64,000 bases of DNA. Source: Chara braunii (taxonomy: Eukaryota; Plantae; Charophyceae). This document shows positions 27,381 to 39,109 of the stretch, piece by piece; position 1 is the first letter of the stretch; each line of letters starts with the position of its first letter. The DNA is taken from contig BFEA01000039.1 in NCBI GenBank assembly GCA_003427395.1, forward strand, positions 2,988,602 to 3,052,601. Direction: 5' to 3'. The notes beneath the pieces are model-generated. The model saw only the letters and a list, made by a program, of their open reading frames with translations, did not search any database and was not told the DNA's origin. The position numbers and the translations under genes are program-made.

Positions 27381-28064
27381 TCAATCTCTCATTTCGCTGT
27401 TCACCTCTGGTGCTGTGACCCACGCCCACGTACAATCTGAGATTGAGGCCTCGTGACAAAGAGCCACCTGAAGCCAACAAGTTCTAAGCAATGACCATCC
27501 GAGGTACATGACACGAAAGTTAACCATAGAGCAAAACTCCTTCCACAATGTAGGCAGTCCGTCCACTGAAAAGACCCCTCGTCTGAGGTAGGGATACTCA
27601 GTAGGCTCAGTCAGTGCCTCAATGCCGATTACTGCTGGAGAGATATACCTTTTTGCCAAGCCGATCATATCAAGCCAACTCGTGCCATCTGTGAGGAGGG
27701 AAGGAACAAGAGGCCTGGGATAGTCGGTATAAAGCCTTGGCCCAAAGCTGCGGATCAGCGTCGTGCCACCCTCATCGAGCTCCCTCTCTCTCTGCTCGAG
27801 ATATTTGGTGTCTGAGATCCAGACCGGATCGAAATGCTTATAAGCCTCCTTGCCCTTCTTCAGATAGGGCCTCAGATCATGGACGGCGCCATCAGCAAAA
27901 ATGGTCTGGACAACGAAGATTGACAGATCTCCTTGTCGGAAACCAATGGCACTAGCATACTGATAGCGGAATGCCTCCTTGCATGAAATCTGATTGAGAT
28001 TGACCAGCACTGACTCACTGACCCGAAAAGATTCGACTGTACTCATGGGTGGATTAGCAAGCAC
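27381..28064 (-). CDS. Unknown 227-aa ORF within the 7.3-kb insertion
   Basis: Open frame with protein-like composition; no recognisable motif. Confidence 0.4.
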   Translation of the reverse strand: MLANPPMSTVESFRVSESVLVNLNQISCKEAFRYQYASAIGFRQGDLSIFVVQTIFADGAVHDLRPYLKKGKEAYKHFDPVWISDTKYLEQRERELDEGGTTLIRSFGPRLYTDYPRPLVPSLLTDGTSWLDMIGLAKRYISPAVIGIEALTEPTEYPYLRRGVFSVDGLPTLWKEFCSMVNFRVMYLGWSLLRTCWLQVALCHEASISDCTWAWVTAPEVNSEMRD

Positions 28065-28069
28065 GGATC

Positions 28070-29030
28070 TGACTAGATGATCGCTGAAAACTGATCAATG
28101 AGAACTGATGACTGATAGTTGATTGCTGATTAAGTGATTGTTGATAACTGATTGTTGATGACTGATTGCTAATGACTGATTGGTAATAACTGATGGCTGG
28201 TTGCTGTTTCTTAATGCAGATTAGGAGACTGAGTGATTGCTGATCAGAAAGTTTAGTAGCGGCTGGTCAGGAAACTTAGGCTGTTGTCCTGAAAATTGAT
28301 TGCTTGTTGCTCCGGAGACTGGCTGCTTACTGTTCCGGAAACTGATTACTTGCTAATGAAAGCCTGTTGCCATTTGAGTTGGCTGTTTGCTGATTAAACG
28401 CAGACTGAGTAGTGACTGATTCCACAATTAAATGTCATTCTGAGCACCATTCTAAGTACTGTCCTGAATGCAGTCCCAAATACCACCCTGAGAACCGCTC
28501 TGAATATAGTTCCGAGTGCAATCCGGAGTACAGTCTTGGGTACTGTTCCGAGTATCATCTGAACATTAGAAACTGTTCTGAGCACGGGCCTGAGTAGTGA
28601 GTCTGAGTACTGATCTGAATACCTTTTCTTGATCGTTGGTCTGAATGCTTAATTGTTTACTGATTTGAATGCAGATCATTTGCTGGCTGACTGCTGATTG
28701 ACTGCGAGTTAATTGCTGATTGATTGCTGATTTAATTGCTACTCGTCTGCTGTTTGGTTACCGATTGACTGCTGCTGCTGGGATTGCCTTCTCTGATGTG
28801 CTGTTTCTAACTGCTGGCTGGTTGCTAAATGCCAACTAGATTGATGGCTGAATAGTGATTAATATAATAATTAAGTAATGACTGAGTGGCTAGATGCTGT
28901 TCTGAACACTGTCCTGAGCCCTGCCCTGAATACTGCTTTGAGCACTGAATGTTGCTCTGAGTACTTGCCCGAGTATTGTCTGAATACTTACATAGGTGTT
29001 GTCTGAATTTCACTGATATTCTAAACCACC
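28070..29030. repeat. Degenerate ~12-bp minisatellites (ctgattg / ctgagtactg types)
   Basis: Repeated 'actgattgttgat' and 'ctgagtactgtt' words. Confidence 0.7.
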
Positions 29031-32000
29031 AAATAGCCGATTCACGAGTACTGGGAGAATGAACAGCAAAAAGGCACTGAAGGGAGCTTGCTGCTCAGAT
29101 GCTGGCAGAGCTTTTGGAAGGGTGATTTATACACTACTGGGTTCGTGCGAGCTCTGCTCTGGCTTGTTCCACTGTCTCCAATGAGGACTTGATACTGTGC
29201 AACTTGTTGTCATGCCCGTGAAAATAAATCACGTACTCAATGTACACCCCGCCTGTCACCATTTGGACTGCGTGCTCACGTTGAACCACTCTGTGTAATT
29301 CCATGTCTCGGCATGCTTCGTCATGCCATCCTTCTCTTTTATCCTTATTTAATTTACTTTCTATCACTAGGACCTTCCCTTTTTTCATGGCTTCCCCGCA
29401 CTTCAGAGATTTAACCAAAGACCGTTCAATATACAGATAACCCAATGATTATCACGCCCAGAGCGAGGAACTACCTTTAGTTAGTTTCGTTCAATTTAGT
29501 ACAGTTTTCTCAACGACTGCAGAGGTACTCCTCATGTTCTTCCCCTTGGCCTGGATCCCAGGGGTCAGTGAATTCTGATTGTGCTTAGCCCTGATGAGTT
29601 CTTGTGTTGCAGAAGAATAGTAACTCCCTGGCTCATGCCACTTTAACCGTCATGGACCCTGGGCTGACCTTCTAGCTTCAACCTCAAACAACAATTTACA
29701 AATGACTGCTACAGAGGGCTCATAGCAATTAACCCATGATCAGAGTCCGTGACGATGACCTGCTGCTAATTCATGGCATCTCTGGCCAAAGGGAAAAGGG
29801 TTCTCACACAGCAACACACAACATTCCCATAATATGAGATTTCGTCTAAGAGAGGTATGGTGCTGTTAGTAGCAATAAACGTCACCCGATTGCGAGCCGC
29901 GGCACATGGTGCTCTTTTCACCAGTGCGCAGAGAATATTATCTGTTTGCCACCTTTTGAAGTCCCTTCTACCTAGGCACTGAGTTTTAACGCTACCTATA
30001 AGTGGCCCAGAGTTTAAGTGATCTGCCGGCCTTTACCCACGCACTGGGAGCTTCTGGCTTACCAAACTTCCCAATATGACCGCTTGCAGAACTGGAAATG
30101 GTTCAAGCGGATAGTGCACAAAATACAGGTTGATGGCCACGGTGCAGTGGTGGGTAACCGCACGTGAGTCTCATCAATCCCCCGATTTGGACAACACACT
30201 AGTTCAGAACTTCCCAAGGCTAGCCAGAAATATATTCTTCGAAAAAGAGGCAGCAAGGATTGTTGAGCGATCATTATCAGACTGAGTTTGGAGGTGACTT
30301 ATGACAGCTTGTCAACTTCATTATTACCTTTCACGTACCAGCATACACAACACTAACTTAACCCATAACTCTGAGCCTTGACTTCGATCAGTCCCCATTA
30401 ACGAGGTATTTGACCAAGAGATAAGCAACTGTTCTCATTAATTTTCGTTTGCCCATCAAGGTAAGAAATCAAAAGAGAAATTTATGGAGTACAATTGGAT
30501 CATTCATTCACACAATCCACGGTTCTCACTCGCGTTTAATTTCCACCACACATTCCACACCACCAGCCTTTACATCACCATGTGTTTACCCGAGAATCAA
30601 TAAACGTGCGCTTTAGTTGGCACTCCATAGCTGGGGGTTAGCTCAACAGCACTCGATAAGTACACCAGCAGTACTCCATTCATATGAGAGAACAACAATT
30701 AAAAAGCCGAAAGATTGAGCCCGCTGACCCGCTGCTTCGACCAAACACGCTAACCAAACGCTGAATCAGCCTACCTTCAAAAGGAGTTATACCTTGCCCT
30801 TCATACTAATTCAATGCGTTCGAGTATAGGTCAGACAGTATGGACTCACCTCACCCATGTCGATGCACCAGAACAGTCCCGCTGACAAACACTACTAGGT
30901 TCAGTCTCAATACTTCGTTTCAAGATAGCAAGGTTACTCGCTCATAGTCCTCCGTCAATAGGCTTGAGCCATAGTTAGCATCAACACTTACGTCAATTCT
31001 GACGGCACGGTTAAACAGATGTGTCATCAAAAAAGACAGACTTAAAATGTTTTTGTCAGAGCTCAACGCTTGACTTGACTTTAACTGATTCCACATGGTG
31101 AGGATGAGACGGAAGAGAATCGCTCCATGATTCGATAGAAGCCAGGAGCTTAGTGCGGCAGACACCACTCTAGCCCACGTGAAGCACCCTGGAGATGGAA
31201 ATCTGACCTTCTTCCCCAAAGTGCGTACTAGTGATGACTAGTTAGCTCGTCCTCCCCCCCCTTCTTATCAAGAGCGAGACAAATAAGCACGCGCAAGCCT
31301 AGCCGATTGAGTCTGGATCAGACAACGTCATCACACGCGAAAACTCACTCAGCCACACGTCACGAAAAGCAGTTCTCCTGCCAGAAGTACCAAGGCCCCC
31401 GGTAGGAGAGATGTGAATCACTTGGCGAATTCACAAGATCCCATAAACCTCGCTCACTCAACAGTCAGTGCTCGTAACTGGACAAGTTATTTGGAACAGC
31501 GGAGTCACTGCAGACATGCCAGTGGAAAACTCTCGACGGAGAAGACGTCAACAAAAAAAGTGTTGAACCTCTCCGCGACATCAACAAGAAGCCACCAATT
31601 GCCTTTTCCTCACCAGCGTGCTGTGCACGAGCTCCCACCTTTCTTGGAGTGCCCGTTGGAAGCTTGCGTTGACAATAATTGTCGGCTCTCTTGTTATCCC
31701 CTGTAACAATGGCTATCTGATCACACTTCCTCCCACACGCGAGCTTGGTACTCTGCTAGTTCAGGATGACCACACGTAGATCTGACCTCACCTCTAGCAA
31801 GCTCGCTTTGCAGCGCCCATCACAACTAATCCATTCTTGGATATCACCATCTGACCCAGCCACTGCAACGGAGTTAACTCTCGCAAGGACGAGGCTTGGC
31901 AACGTGTTCTCTCCTCTTCCCCTTGATCGTGACCACTTAGCATCTCTAAGTCACATTATTGAGAACATCCCCGACTGCGCTGGAAACTGACCCGCACAAG

Positions 32001-32446
32001 AATGACGTTTCTCAGAAAAAAAAAGAAAGAAAGAAAGAAAAATGGGCATGCGGTAATGACGTGTCATCGCATGTCCAGACAAACAGGCCCTTGTACCCAG
32101 AGTAATGGGGAAACAGGTATCCCTCTCTGGACGACAAACTAAAACGCGCGAGGTGGAAGCGAGGGCAACATCAATCAACACCATGCGCGCGAAAACCTCC
32201 CTCAAATCTCCTCTCTTTTCTCACCCTTTCCTCTTTCTTGCCAACTGTAGTCAGCTCGTGCATCACACGAACGCGTAGGTGGTGGTTGTCGTCAAACACA
32301 TTGCGCGTGTGTCTCTCTCTCTCCTCCCGTTCTTTGACCTTCTCTTATTGCCTCAGCCTTGCCACGTGCAGCCTGCACACATGCTTAACTGCCCTCGCTC
32401 CTCTCTCTCTCACTGCTGTTGACCTCTCTTCTCTTTGCATGCTCCC

Positions 32447-32974
32447 TCAGACATGTATTTTCCCCCTCTTCTTCTTTTCACCCGTCGCGTGGCCTCTGGG
32501 CGTCAGTTGCCTCGAGCTAGCCTCGGGTCCCTCTTCCACCGGCTTCGCGGCCCGGTGATGCCTCTGGATCTCGCCTGGTCTATTCCAGGACCTGAGATCT
32601 GTCTCCCGATCTGCGTCACTCATCTCACTTTCCCCTCCCGAGTCTCTGTCCTGGTGGACCTGTTCCAGGTCCGCTGTGTCCATCGAGGTCTCAGTCTCGT
32701 GGTAAGCCACCGTTATCCGTAGCCTTGCCGTCACTCCGTCCCGTCTACAACGTCTCTCCGCTCGGTCTCTCGCCTCCGAAATCACGTCTTGCAGCTTCGG
32801 GTTGGTCCGCATCTCCCCCTCTCTTGCTCCCTCCACGCTGATCTTCAGTAGCAGTTCATCTCCACCGTCGTAATTGAGTATGACGGTAATCCAGGGCCCT
32901 TCCCCGGACACGGGCTTCCAACGGGCCTGGTGGTACCAGTACCCGGGCCTGTACCCATGCAATGCCATAGTCAC
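32447..32974 (-). CDS. Unknown 175-aa ORF within the 7.3-kb insertion
   Basis: GC-rich open frame with a charged C-terminus; no recognised domain. Confidence 0.35.
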   Translation of the reverse strand: MTMALHGYRPGYWYHQARWKPVSGEGPWITVILNYDGGDELLLKISVEGAREGEMRTNPKLQDVISEARDRAERRCRRDGVTARLRITVAYHETETSMDTADLEQVHQDRDSGGESEMSDADRETDLRSWNRPGEIQRHHRAAKPVEEGPEASSRQLTPRGHATGEKKKRGKIHV

Positions 32975-34290
32975 TCGAAATAGCCAAGAACTTAGTCTTT
33001 AGGCACTCGCACAGAGACAACCCCTTACAGGCCCCGGCGCTCCGCTCTTTCCCTTGTCTCAGGCCCGCAGTGCTAGTACAGTGGAAATACTCTGCGACTA
33101 GCGTGCGTACAACTAAACTCTTTTCTCTTTTATAGGTCGTCACCCTGTGTTCTGAACGACAGCCCCGAACACTTTTCAAACTTCAGCACTCTAGTTTCTA
33201 TAACTCCTAAAACAACTCCGCAGAAAAAAGAAATACGAGACACCAACGGTCAAACTCATCTCTGTAGGCTAGACACAGTGGTCTCATAATGGGTTACTAG
33301 TGGGCACTCGCCCTCCTTTAAAACCCACAGTCTGGCTTACTACCATCGGGTACCCGTGTCCGATGGTAAGGAGGGGGTTCATAACCTCCTATAGGGGGTG
33401 ACGAACCTCCTACCAATGCGGCCGCGGGTCGCCCCTCTTTTGGGGCCTAACCGCGCGGCACTCAATCGACGCTCACTTTCAGACTAAATAAGTGTCGCCG
33501 GCCAACTAGGACCGCAGCTCAAAATCCGAACCGTTGGCCTCCCCATGATATGATAGAAACTGAGAAAAAGAAGGCCGCGCTTGAAAACTAGTGAAGTAAT
33601 AATAACAATAATAATAATAATAATAATATTAATCGCCGAAAAGGAAAGGGTGGAGTCCCAGAATTTCTCCGCGCAGCACCCTTGCCTGAACAGCTACCCG
33701 CATTCACGCACAAGCCTAGCACCCGACTTTCAACCTTCTCCGTTCCTTTTCTTTCTTTTACTATTTTTCCTCCTTTTAGCCCTCACTGTATCTGCCTCTT
33801 ATCCTGGCTATCGGGGTCCCATTGCGAGGTTCGGACGAACAGTTTTGGTACAAGCGACATAAAAAGGGGTAGGTAAAGCCCCAGACCATAAGACCGCAGT
33901 TGCAGTCCGAAAATCCAAATCAGCGGCTTTCCCTGCGAAATGACAGATCGACAGACAGTAAACTGAAAATAGAAAAATTAAGTAATAACAATAATAATAT
34001 TAATAATAAGAATAATAATAATAATGATGATGGTGGCTATTCAAAATTGGAAAGGTGACCATAGCATCACAGTGACCTGAGGTCACCGGATTTCCCCATA
34101 CAGAGACAAGTTTAAATTTGACGTTTTATTTTTCCTTTTCTCTTTTTTTTCTCCCCCGACAGCGACTTTTATCCCTTGTACCTAACCCATATCTGGGCAA
34201 CAGGGCACTCGGCGCGCTGTAGAAAGGACTGTGCCAGTCCCTTCACCTTCGCGTCCCAGGGCGAGCCCGGCGGCTACCACGGCCACAGGC

Positions 34291-34423
34291 CGGTACTACT
34301 CTGCTGTACAGCAGGGCGCCGAGTCTGCGTGGACCAATGGAAGCCCTGTGGCACACCCCTTTTGCTGAGGGCTATGCCACTGGGACAGGTCCGCCCTGAG
34401 AACAGTCCTAGTATCAAATCCAT
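34291..34423 (-). pseudogene. N-terminal piece of PLE ORF2 (MDLILGLFSGRTCPSGIALSKRGVPQGFHWSTQTRRPAVQ...)
   Basis: ATG at 34423; in frame with the sequence below 26948 once the insertion and one TSD copy are removed. Confidence 0.6.
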
Positions 34424-34469
34424 CTATAGCACGAACCGCGCCTGGAGAACAACAAGTCGAGACGTGGAA

Positions 34470-35952
34470 CTAGTACTGAGCAGGGATCCGGTACACAGAG
34501 GAGGGCCAGGACACCGCGCCCTCCGACAGCGCCGGCTTTTCCTCCTTCAGCAAGTTGGCATATTCCTGCAGGTCCAACCTTGCAAGCTCCCAAGCGCCTG
34601 CGTCCTTCCGGAAGTACTGTATATTCTTCTGCTTGCAAAGCTCTTGCACGCGAGTGTATTGCAAGGAGTAGTAGAACTCTTGACGCTGCTTCATGTAAGC
34701 GGCCAACCCTCCTTCATCATCTTCTTCTTCCTCGTCATTGGGTTCATTCTGAACCACATCCACATCTTCGCACCCCTCAGATTCCACACTCGCTTCTCCT
34801 TTGACCGACTTCAGCAGTATGACCGGTGCCTTCCCTTTGGTATTGCCGATTCCTTGTAAGAGTGCCACTAACATTGACTTGATATCCGCCAGTTCGCTGC
34901 TCGTGTCCATCTTTGGCTGAAGATTCTGCTTCACCGTACCACCCTCTTCTTCATCGGACGATACCACGATCCTCTTAGAGCGCGACTTGGTCTTGCTGCT
35001 TGCACTTGTGCGAGACTTCACGTGGTTCAAGCGAGGTGAGTTGGCTACTGGGGTACATTTCCCTCTTCTCTTCCTCTTCTCGTTACTTGTCGGGTCCTTG
35101 CATTCTTTCTCTTGCCGAGCTTTCGCCCCACGCAGGTTGTTGAGTTCTTCCTTCTCAGCTAGCGTCAACTTGGCTTTTTGATCCACCTCCTGGAGCTTCT
35201 CAGTGATTAGTTTCAACGAATCGCCCAGTGTTGCCGTCACCCAAGCTTTCATTTCCTCACTCTTATTAGCGGAACGCACCTTGTTGGTCGAGCGCACTTC
35301 CGATCTGCTACCTTCATCAGGCAGATCCTGATTTCGCAAGCCGCCACGTCGTCCACTAGCGATCTTCTTGCGTGCTTCTTCCACCGCTTTACTCATCTTG
35401 ATATCTTCCAGGATATCCATGTATTCCTTCGTAAAATATGCCCGATTTCCAGGCCCAGGGAAAGCATTCGCAGTCGGGCCCTTTCCGATGCTGCTGCCAT
35501 TCCCAGAGTTGTGTGGAACAACAACTGCTTGCTGATTCGACGATGTTTGATGCACTTGATTGCTCTGCTGCTGATTGCTTGCGGGTTGCGGATTAGGAGG
35601 CTGTCCCCACCACTGCTCGTTCACCGGCCACTGACCCGCATTCTGCCAAGGTGGCATACTCCAGGGGTTCCCAGCCGGGGCAACCGCCTGGTACTGCACT
35701 GGCGCAGGAGGCGCCATGTTCGGGACCGTAGTCTGCCCCATAACGGGCATTCAAGTTGCAGGAGGCGCTTGGAATGTCGAGGTGAACTGAGCCCGGTTCA
35801 TCCCCGGCGGGTATACATCAGTCGCGAGGTTGCTGCTGCTGTACTCGACTGGATTCGCCGCTGGATTCGCGCCATTATTCTCCATCCAATAGCGTCCGCA
35901 GTTAGACTAGCGGCCCCGTCGCCCGCTTGCTTTTCCTCTTCCGCGTCCAGAC
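34470..35952 (-). pseudogene. PLE ORF1-like protein (about 490 aa): RG-rich start, P/Q/N-rich region, coiled coil, basic patch, C-terminal SAP-like helix pair
   Basis: The 426-aa ORF extends upstream through two in-frame stops to ATG 35952 (MSGRGRGK). 'LQYTRVQELCKQKNIQY..K' resembles the SAP/HeH spacing. Confidence 0.65.
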
Positions 35953-36741
35953 ATACAATAGAGTGCTATTCCGATAGCAACGCCGCACCCGAGGCTACAA
36001 CCGAAAACCCAGCTCCCTTCAACTTTGCCAATAAGTCGGAATTCACTCCACCTTCCCCAGAACAACATACCCTGCCGGTTAATAATCTCCTCTTGACGAC
36101 TGCCCACGTCGCCTCGCAGTGTGCTGGAGTGGTATTTTCGAACGACGTCCGGCAGCATCCCTTCAGGCAGTCCCGTGCGGGTTCGCCATACTCGACCCTG
36201 CCGCTGCGCCACGTGCTTCGTCGGTGATTAGCACCGACGCCCACTAATGAGCGATAATTAGTGGTGCAACAACGCCCGCTTGACCCAATCAACGATCCAA
36301 GCGAGGCTCGTGACAACAGTCCGTCCCTCTCAAACAGATAGGAGAGGCGAATAATCGAGAACTCGAAGAGTCTCGCTATTGAAGAGTAGAGAATATCATC
36401 AACAGGTCGACAAGTTCGTAAAATTCCTAGGAAATCAATGGCGAAAGTCGCAAGAATCAAGCACTTGCAAATCAAAGTATCGAAATTTTGAACAATAATA
36501 AGCACGGCTTCCAAACCCGTGCTTCTTCACAGAATAATATATTGAAATGTTGTCATATTAAAATATTAAATTATATTGGAATATCAAAGAACATCAAAGA
36601 ACACAGGAACGAACGAAATGATAAGCACAACTTCCACCTCGCGACTTCTCCACCAAGTGAAAGACAGCCAACGAAGAGAAGTCGGCGCCCTAGGCTCATT
36701 CCCAAGCCACGACAAGGTCGAATCTAGGGTTCTAGATCATC

Positions 36742-37884
36742 AGAGAAACAATGGAACTCAAAATGAAGAAGATGACATGAGTTTTACTATCATGGCGAAA
36801 TCAACTTTTCCACGACAACACCCTGATCTTACACGGCCAGGGTTCTCAACCCTTCTACTCATCCGCCACTCAGATTGAGGTAAGAAACTTACTGCGCCTA
36901 CTATCCTAACCCCATACGAGTCTCAAGTGAATTCTGAAACTCAACCAATAATAATAATAATAATGTTTACTGCTCTTAGCAGCCTAGAGAACAGGATTCC
37001 GACTCGATTCATAACTTCGTCAAGCTATAGCGTAACAAATCACTGGTCCATTCGCCAGGTTCCAAATACGCGGTCCTCATTGTAGGATGCTTCCCAGATG
37101 CAAGTCAGTAAATCCCGCTCGGGATCTCAAAATTTTTTACTTCTTTTGTCCGACAGACCAACTCTGTTCATATGAAAGTCACGCCTTTGTGATTACGTCA
37201 ATTTTTGCGTATTTATAGAAGGTCTGACGAACTTGTTTTCCCGTATATTGTCTGTACTTAGTCTTGAAAGGGCACCAAGTGCAGTGCCTCCGAAAATCGC
37301 CAAATCGTGCTTGGTATATCACCATCACAGGATCAAAATCTCTCACTGCTTTACCCGATATGACTCGGCGCCAGACTCCGACAAATTTGAGCATGCCCCC
37401 TCTCCCCGCGCCGTTACTTTCGGCGTGAGGACTCGTTTCCCATTTCCGACTATACTGGGGCGCAAATGGCCCCCAAGTCCATTAACGTATAAAATGCCCA
37501 AAGCGTGCTATGTCCAACATACCTTGCCAAAAGCTTGAGTTGGTCCTGCGCTGCATCCACTTCAGCGCAGCAATTACCGATTTCTCTAGGTAGTTGTTTT
37601 TCTTGAGTTCTTTGCTCAGTGTGAGGACGTTACAACATGCAAGCCCGTTTGTATTCGAGTTCTGCGAGATGCGCAGAATCGTATTGGCAATAATGACGAA
37701 TTTACCTGTTCGAGGCCCGTATGAAGAAAAGTCTTTGTACGTCCGGAATTGAAGTGGGGTACTGCCCCCAATTGTCCTCACATTCTTACACTTATGGGAC
37801 ATCAGCAGTGCCTTATCTTCGCACACCAACAGTCTAGTTTCAAGGAAGTCCAAAACGCCGGTCCAAGGGTCCGTACGTTGAAGT
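36742..37884 (-). repeat. 5'-truncated tandem PLE copy forming the pseudo-LTR
   Basis: Closely matches 23176-24347; encodes the same RT C-terminus (DFLETRLLVC...ARFGHFI). Confidence 0.92.
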
Positions 37885-38486
37885 TTCCCTTCAGTGCCTT
37901 GTGTGTCGCATAATGGTTCTCCCCTAGCTAGTTTCCTCTGGGTTGCGCTCTCCCTTAGTAGCGAGTAGGCATTGGGACCATAGCGTTATCCTAGTTTCCC
38001 TTCTTCGACTTTGATGAGTTGTGTGCATATTTCCCTTACCCATTGCATTTATCACATAGTTTCGGCCACTTCGTGCGTTTAGTTAGACATATCATCCTAT
38101 TCCTGGTTCCCTCTTCATGGTAGACTATATATAATGTCACCATTGGTTTTGTTTTGTTACCTTCCTCCCACTAGCACCGCGAGCCTGACGACCTATTCAC
38201 TTGTTTGTGGTGACTACCCCTAGCAGTTTTTTATTCTTAGACTGCATTTACCCCTTTTGACACCATCCCAGTCTCAGTTGTTTAACGACACGACATTATG
38301 TTTTGACACATTGCTATCTTTTATTTTCAGCACTGAGATAGTTGCCTTCAACACCTAAGGATTATATTATGGCACATTTGTTTTCAACACTTAGGCAGTT
38401 GGTATCTCTTATTTTCAACACTGAGGCAGTTACCTTTAACACTTTAGGCTGCATCGCATGGACCCCCCATGGAGCTTGCTCCGTAT

Positions 38487-38605
<119 letters not shown>

Positions 38606-39109
38606 CGCGCGCGCGTATATCTGGATATCTGACCAACAAAACGTAGAATCTTAAGTTGTCATTTGCTGTAGGTGATCGCCCACTATGGCCTGACGATGGA
38701 GCTCCGACAATGACATCCTTTAGGTGAGTTCTCCAGCTATGACACTTCTAGGTACCGGGTCCTCTTGAATTGCTCTATTGTTTTTGTTGGTTGCTATCAT
38801 CCATTGGTGAGCGTCTTATTGCTCTCGCTTTAGTAATAAGGACGCTCAACTAATGAGAGTGTGTTTCAACAGCCGCCAATACCTTTCCCATCATTTTGTT
38901 CCAACGCAGTCAACTAATGTGTGGTCGCCCTCAAGACGAGGCCGAGTATAATGGAATGGTTAGTGGCGACAAGCAAGACAAAAAAACACACTGCCTTGTC
39001 GGCTCCGTTTTTGTGGGTGCACAACTGAAATCTGCTTCGGCTGAAGTGGCTTGATGGTACAGGTGGCATGTAAGAGGGAGCTACCCCTTGCAAGGGGGAA
39101 TGGTGAGTT

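Larger units (their letters stand above)
26949..34285. mobile_element. 7.3-kb TG...CA insertion with 5-bp TSD (CAGGC); probable very large solo LTR or non-autonomous LTR element
   Basis: CAGGC at 26944-26948 and 34286-34290; starts TGTCACG, ends ...GGCCA. Removing it restores an open minus-strand frame (...RRPAVQQSSTG|LLVFRSPEAARL...). Confidence 0.75.
23176..37884 (-). mobile_element. Penelope-like retroelement with N-terminal GIY-YIG (Chlamys-type), partial upstream tandem copy (pseudo-LTR) and nested insertion
   Basis: 23176-24347 is directly repeated at 36742-37884 (RT C-terminus plus 3' UTR). ORF1 and GIY-YIG-RT ORF2 lie between the two copies. Confidence 0.85.

Noticed and set aside
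36700-36745. Possible minus-strand hammerhead at the PLE pseudo-LTR junction (CTGATGA-TCTAG-AACC-CTAGA...)
   Set aside because: The position fits PLE ribozymes, but GAAA is missing (TTCGAC) and stem I does not pair convincingly. At best a decayed relic.
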